Below, in pieces: positions 62,323-64,000 of a stretch of DNA of 64,000 bases. Numbering within the stretch: the first letter of the stretch is position 1; each line of letters starts with the position of its first letter. Both the position numbers and the translations under genes were made by a program. The DNA lies in assembly GCF_006345805.1 (NCBI RefSeq), contig NC_043004.1:77438001-77502000 (forward strand), read 5' to 3'. The stretch is from Octopus sinensis (taxonomy: Eukaryota). The notes beneath the pieces are model-generated. The model had not been told where the DNA came from. It saw only the letters and a program-made list of their open reading frames with translations, and did no database searches.

Positions 62323-63734
62323 TAGATGAAATATTTGGAACAGAGAAGTAGCACATTGATTTTCTGAGAGGCAATAGATACTCCAAAAGAGTACTCTGCA
62401 AAAATTGTACTCCTGAAACAAAACATTTGGATAACAAATCAGTTGGAAATTCTCTATTGAACAATATCAAATTAAAGAATCAAAGATCTAATTTCTAACT
62501 GAAAACTAAACTATCAAATGAAAGAATAGCACATACATGAGATCAAATTTATTGTTTCAGATTTCACAAAATTGTACACCAAAATTGTGCACCATCTGGG
62601 CGTGATCGTTACCAGAGCGGCTATCTGACCTCCATGCCGGTGGCACGTAAAAAACACCATTCGAGCGTGATCATTACCAGCATCGTCTTACTGGCACCTG
62701 TGCCGGTGGCATGTGTAAAAGATTCGAGCGAGGTCGTTGCCAGTACCGTCTGACTGGCCCCATGCCAGTGGCACATAAAAGCACCCACTACACTCTCGGA
62801 GTGATTGGCATTAGGAAGGGCATCCAGCTGTAGAAACTCTGCCAGATCAAGGTTGAAGCCTGGTGCAGCCATCTGGTTTACCAGCCCTCAGTCATTCGTC
62901 CAACCCATGCTAGCATGGAAAGCAGACGTTAAACGAAGATGATGATGATGCACCAAATTAAGGAATACAATCAAACATTTTTATATTCACTTCTCTACAA
63001 AGACCTTGTATATTAAGTTTTCATACTGCTTACAAATGAAGGATCCTTTTGGTTTCATATATACATTTGACATACTTTATCACAATAGATCCTTTAAAAT
63101 TTTTCTTTATAAGTCACAACTGTCTAAAAGCTTCTCTACCACTTCAAATAATTCATCATACTAAAAACATTCTTACATTTTTTATGAGTACAGTTTGAAC
63201 TGTAAATACACTTTCAACTGTATATTTACTGATTCCTAGTCCACCTATCAGTATAACTACCCACTACAGTAATATAAATTTCCTTTTTCATATGTCCTAT
63301 AGCATATTCTACACTGCTCTATAATGGCTGTCCATTATACTCTGACAATTATAAACAGCAGATTTATTTACTGAAGTGTTATATTAAAAATAATTCAATG
63401 TTGAGAAATCAAAATATTCCAAATAAATCTTTGACATTCATAATACTAATGATGATGTATTTATATAAGAATGAGAAAATAAGGAATCTAACAATCATGT
63501 GGCATCATTAATAAAAAATATTGTACCACCAATGTTGTAGAAGACACAGGAACAAGTGATGAAGGTTGATGTCAAAAGGCTAACATTATGAAAAATATGA
63601 TTAAGAATCACAAGAGACAAGATTCTGTACTGAAGAAGGCCTGTCCAGCCCATGTAAGCATGGAAAACAGTCATGAAGATAATGATGGTGAAATTATTTT
63701 TTTCCATGTTACAAAGAACATTTATTTCATATTT

Positions 63735-64000
63735 ATTACTCTCTTTTACTCTTTTACATGTTTCAGTCATTTGACTGCGGCCATACTGGAGCACCGCCTT
63801 TAGTCGAGCAAATCGACCCCGGGACTTATTCTTTGTAAGCCCAGTACTTATTCTATCGGTCTCTTTTGCCGAACCGCTAAGTGACGGGGACGTAAACACA
63901 CCAGCATCGGTTGTTAAGCAATGCTAGGGGTACAAATACATACACACATATACATATATATACATATATACGACAGGCTTCTTTCAGTTTCCGTCTACCA
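63735..64000 (-). mobile_element. SINE family A, runs off the window end
   Basis: Near-identical to 870-1160. Confidence 0.9.

Overview
Eukaryotic, AT-rich, repeat-dominated window. The SINE, RTE and microsatellite content most resembles an octopus (coleoid cephalopod) genome; this is an inference, not checked. Most ORF-track entries are microsatellite artefacts or decayed transposon fragments. The only recognisable host coding sequence is the last coding exon of an acyl-CoA-binding protein (ACBP/DBI-like) gene on the minus strand (60978-61042), whose upstream exons appear to lie beyond the window. Mobile elements include a full-length decayed Chapaev3-type transposon with TAA TSD, several mariner relics (one a fold-back made of two 5' ends), a Merlin transposase relic plus a cluster of Merlin-type MITEs with 8-bp TSDs and internal TTAGGG repeats, Helitron/HINE elements, L1/Tx1, RTE and R4-like LINE fragments, three tRNA-derived SINE families, and Penelope-like elements (PLEs). 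The most interesting signal is that three distinct PLE or PLE-like terminal repeat families each carry a minimal type-I hammerhead ribozyme fold with a different non-canonical catalytic core (A6U; U4C; G3:C8 swap). Also noted are two microsatellite-bounded tandem duplications and an apparent CpG-decay domain in the right quarter of the window.
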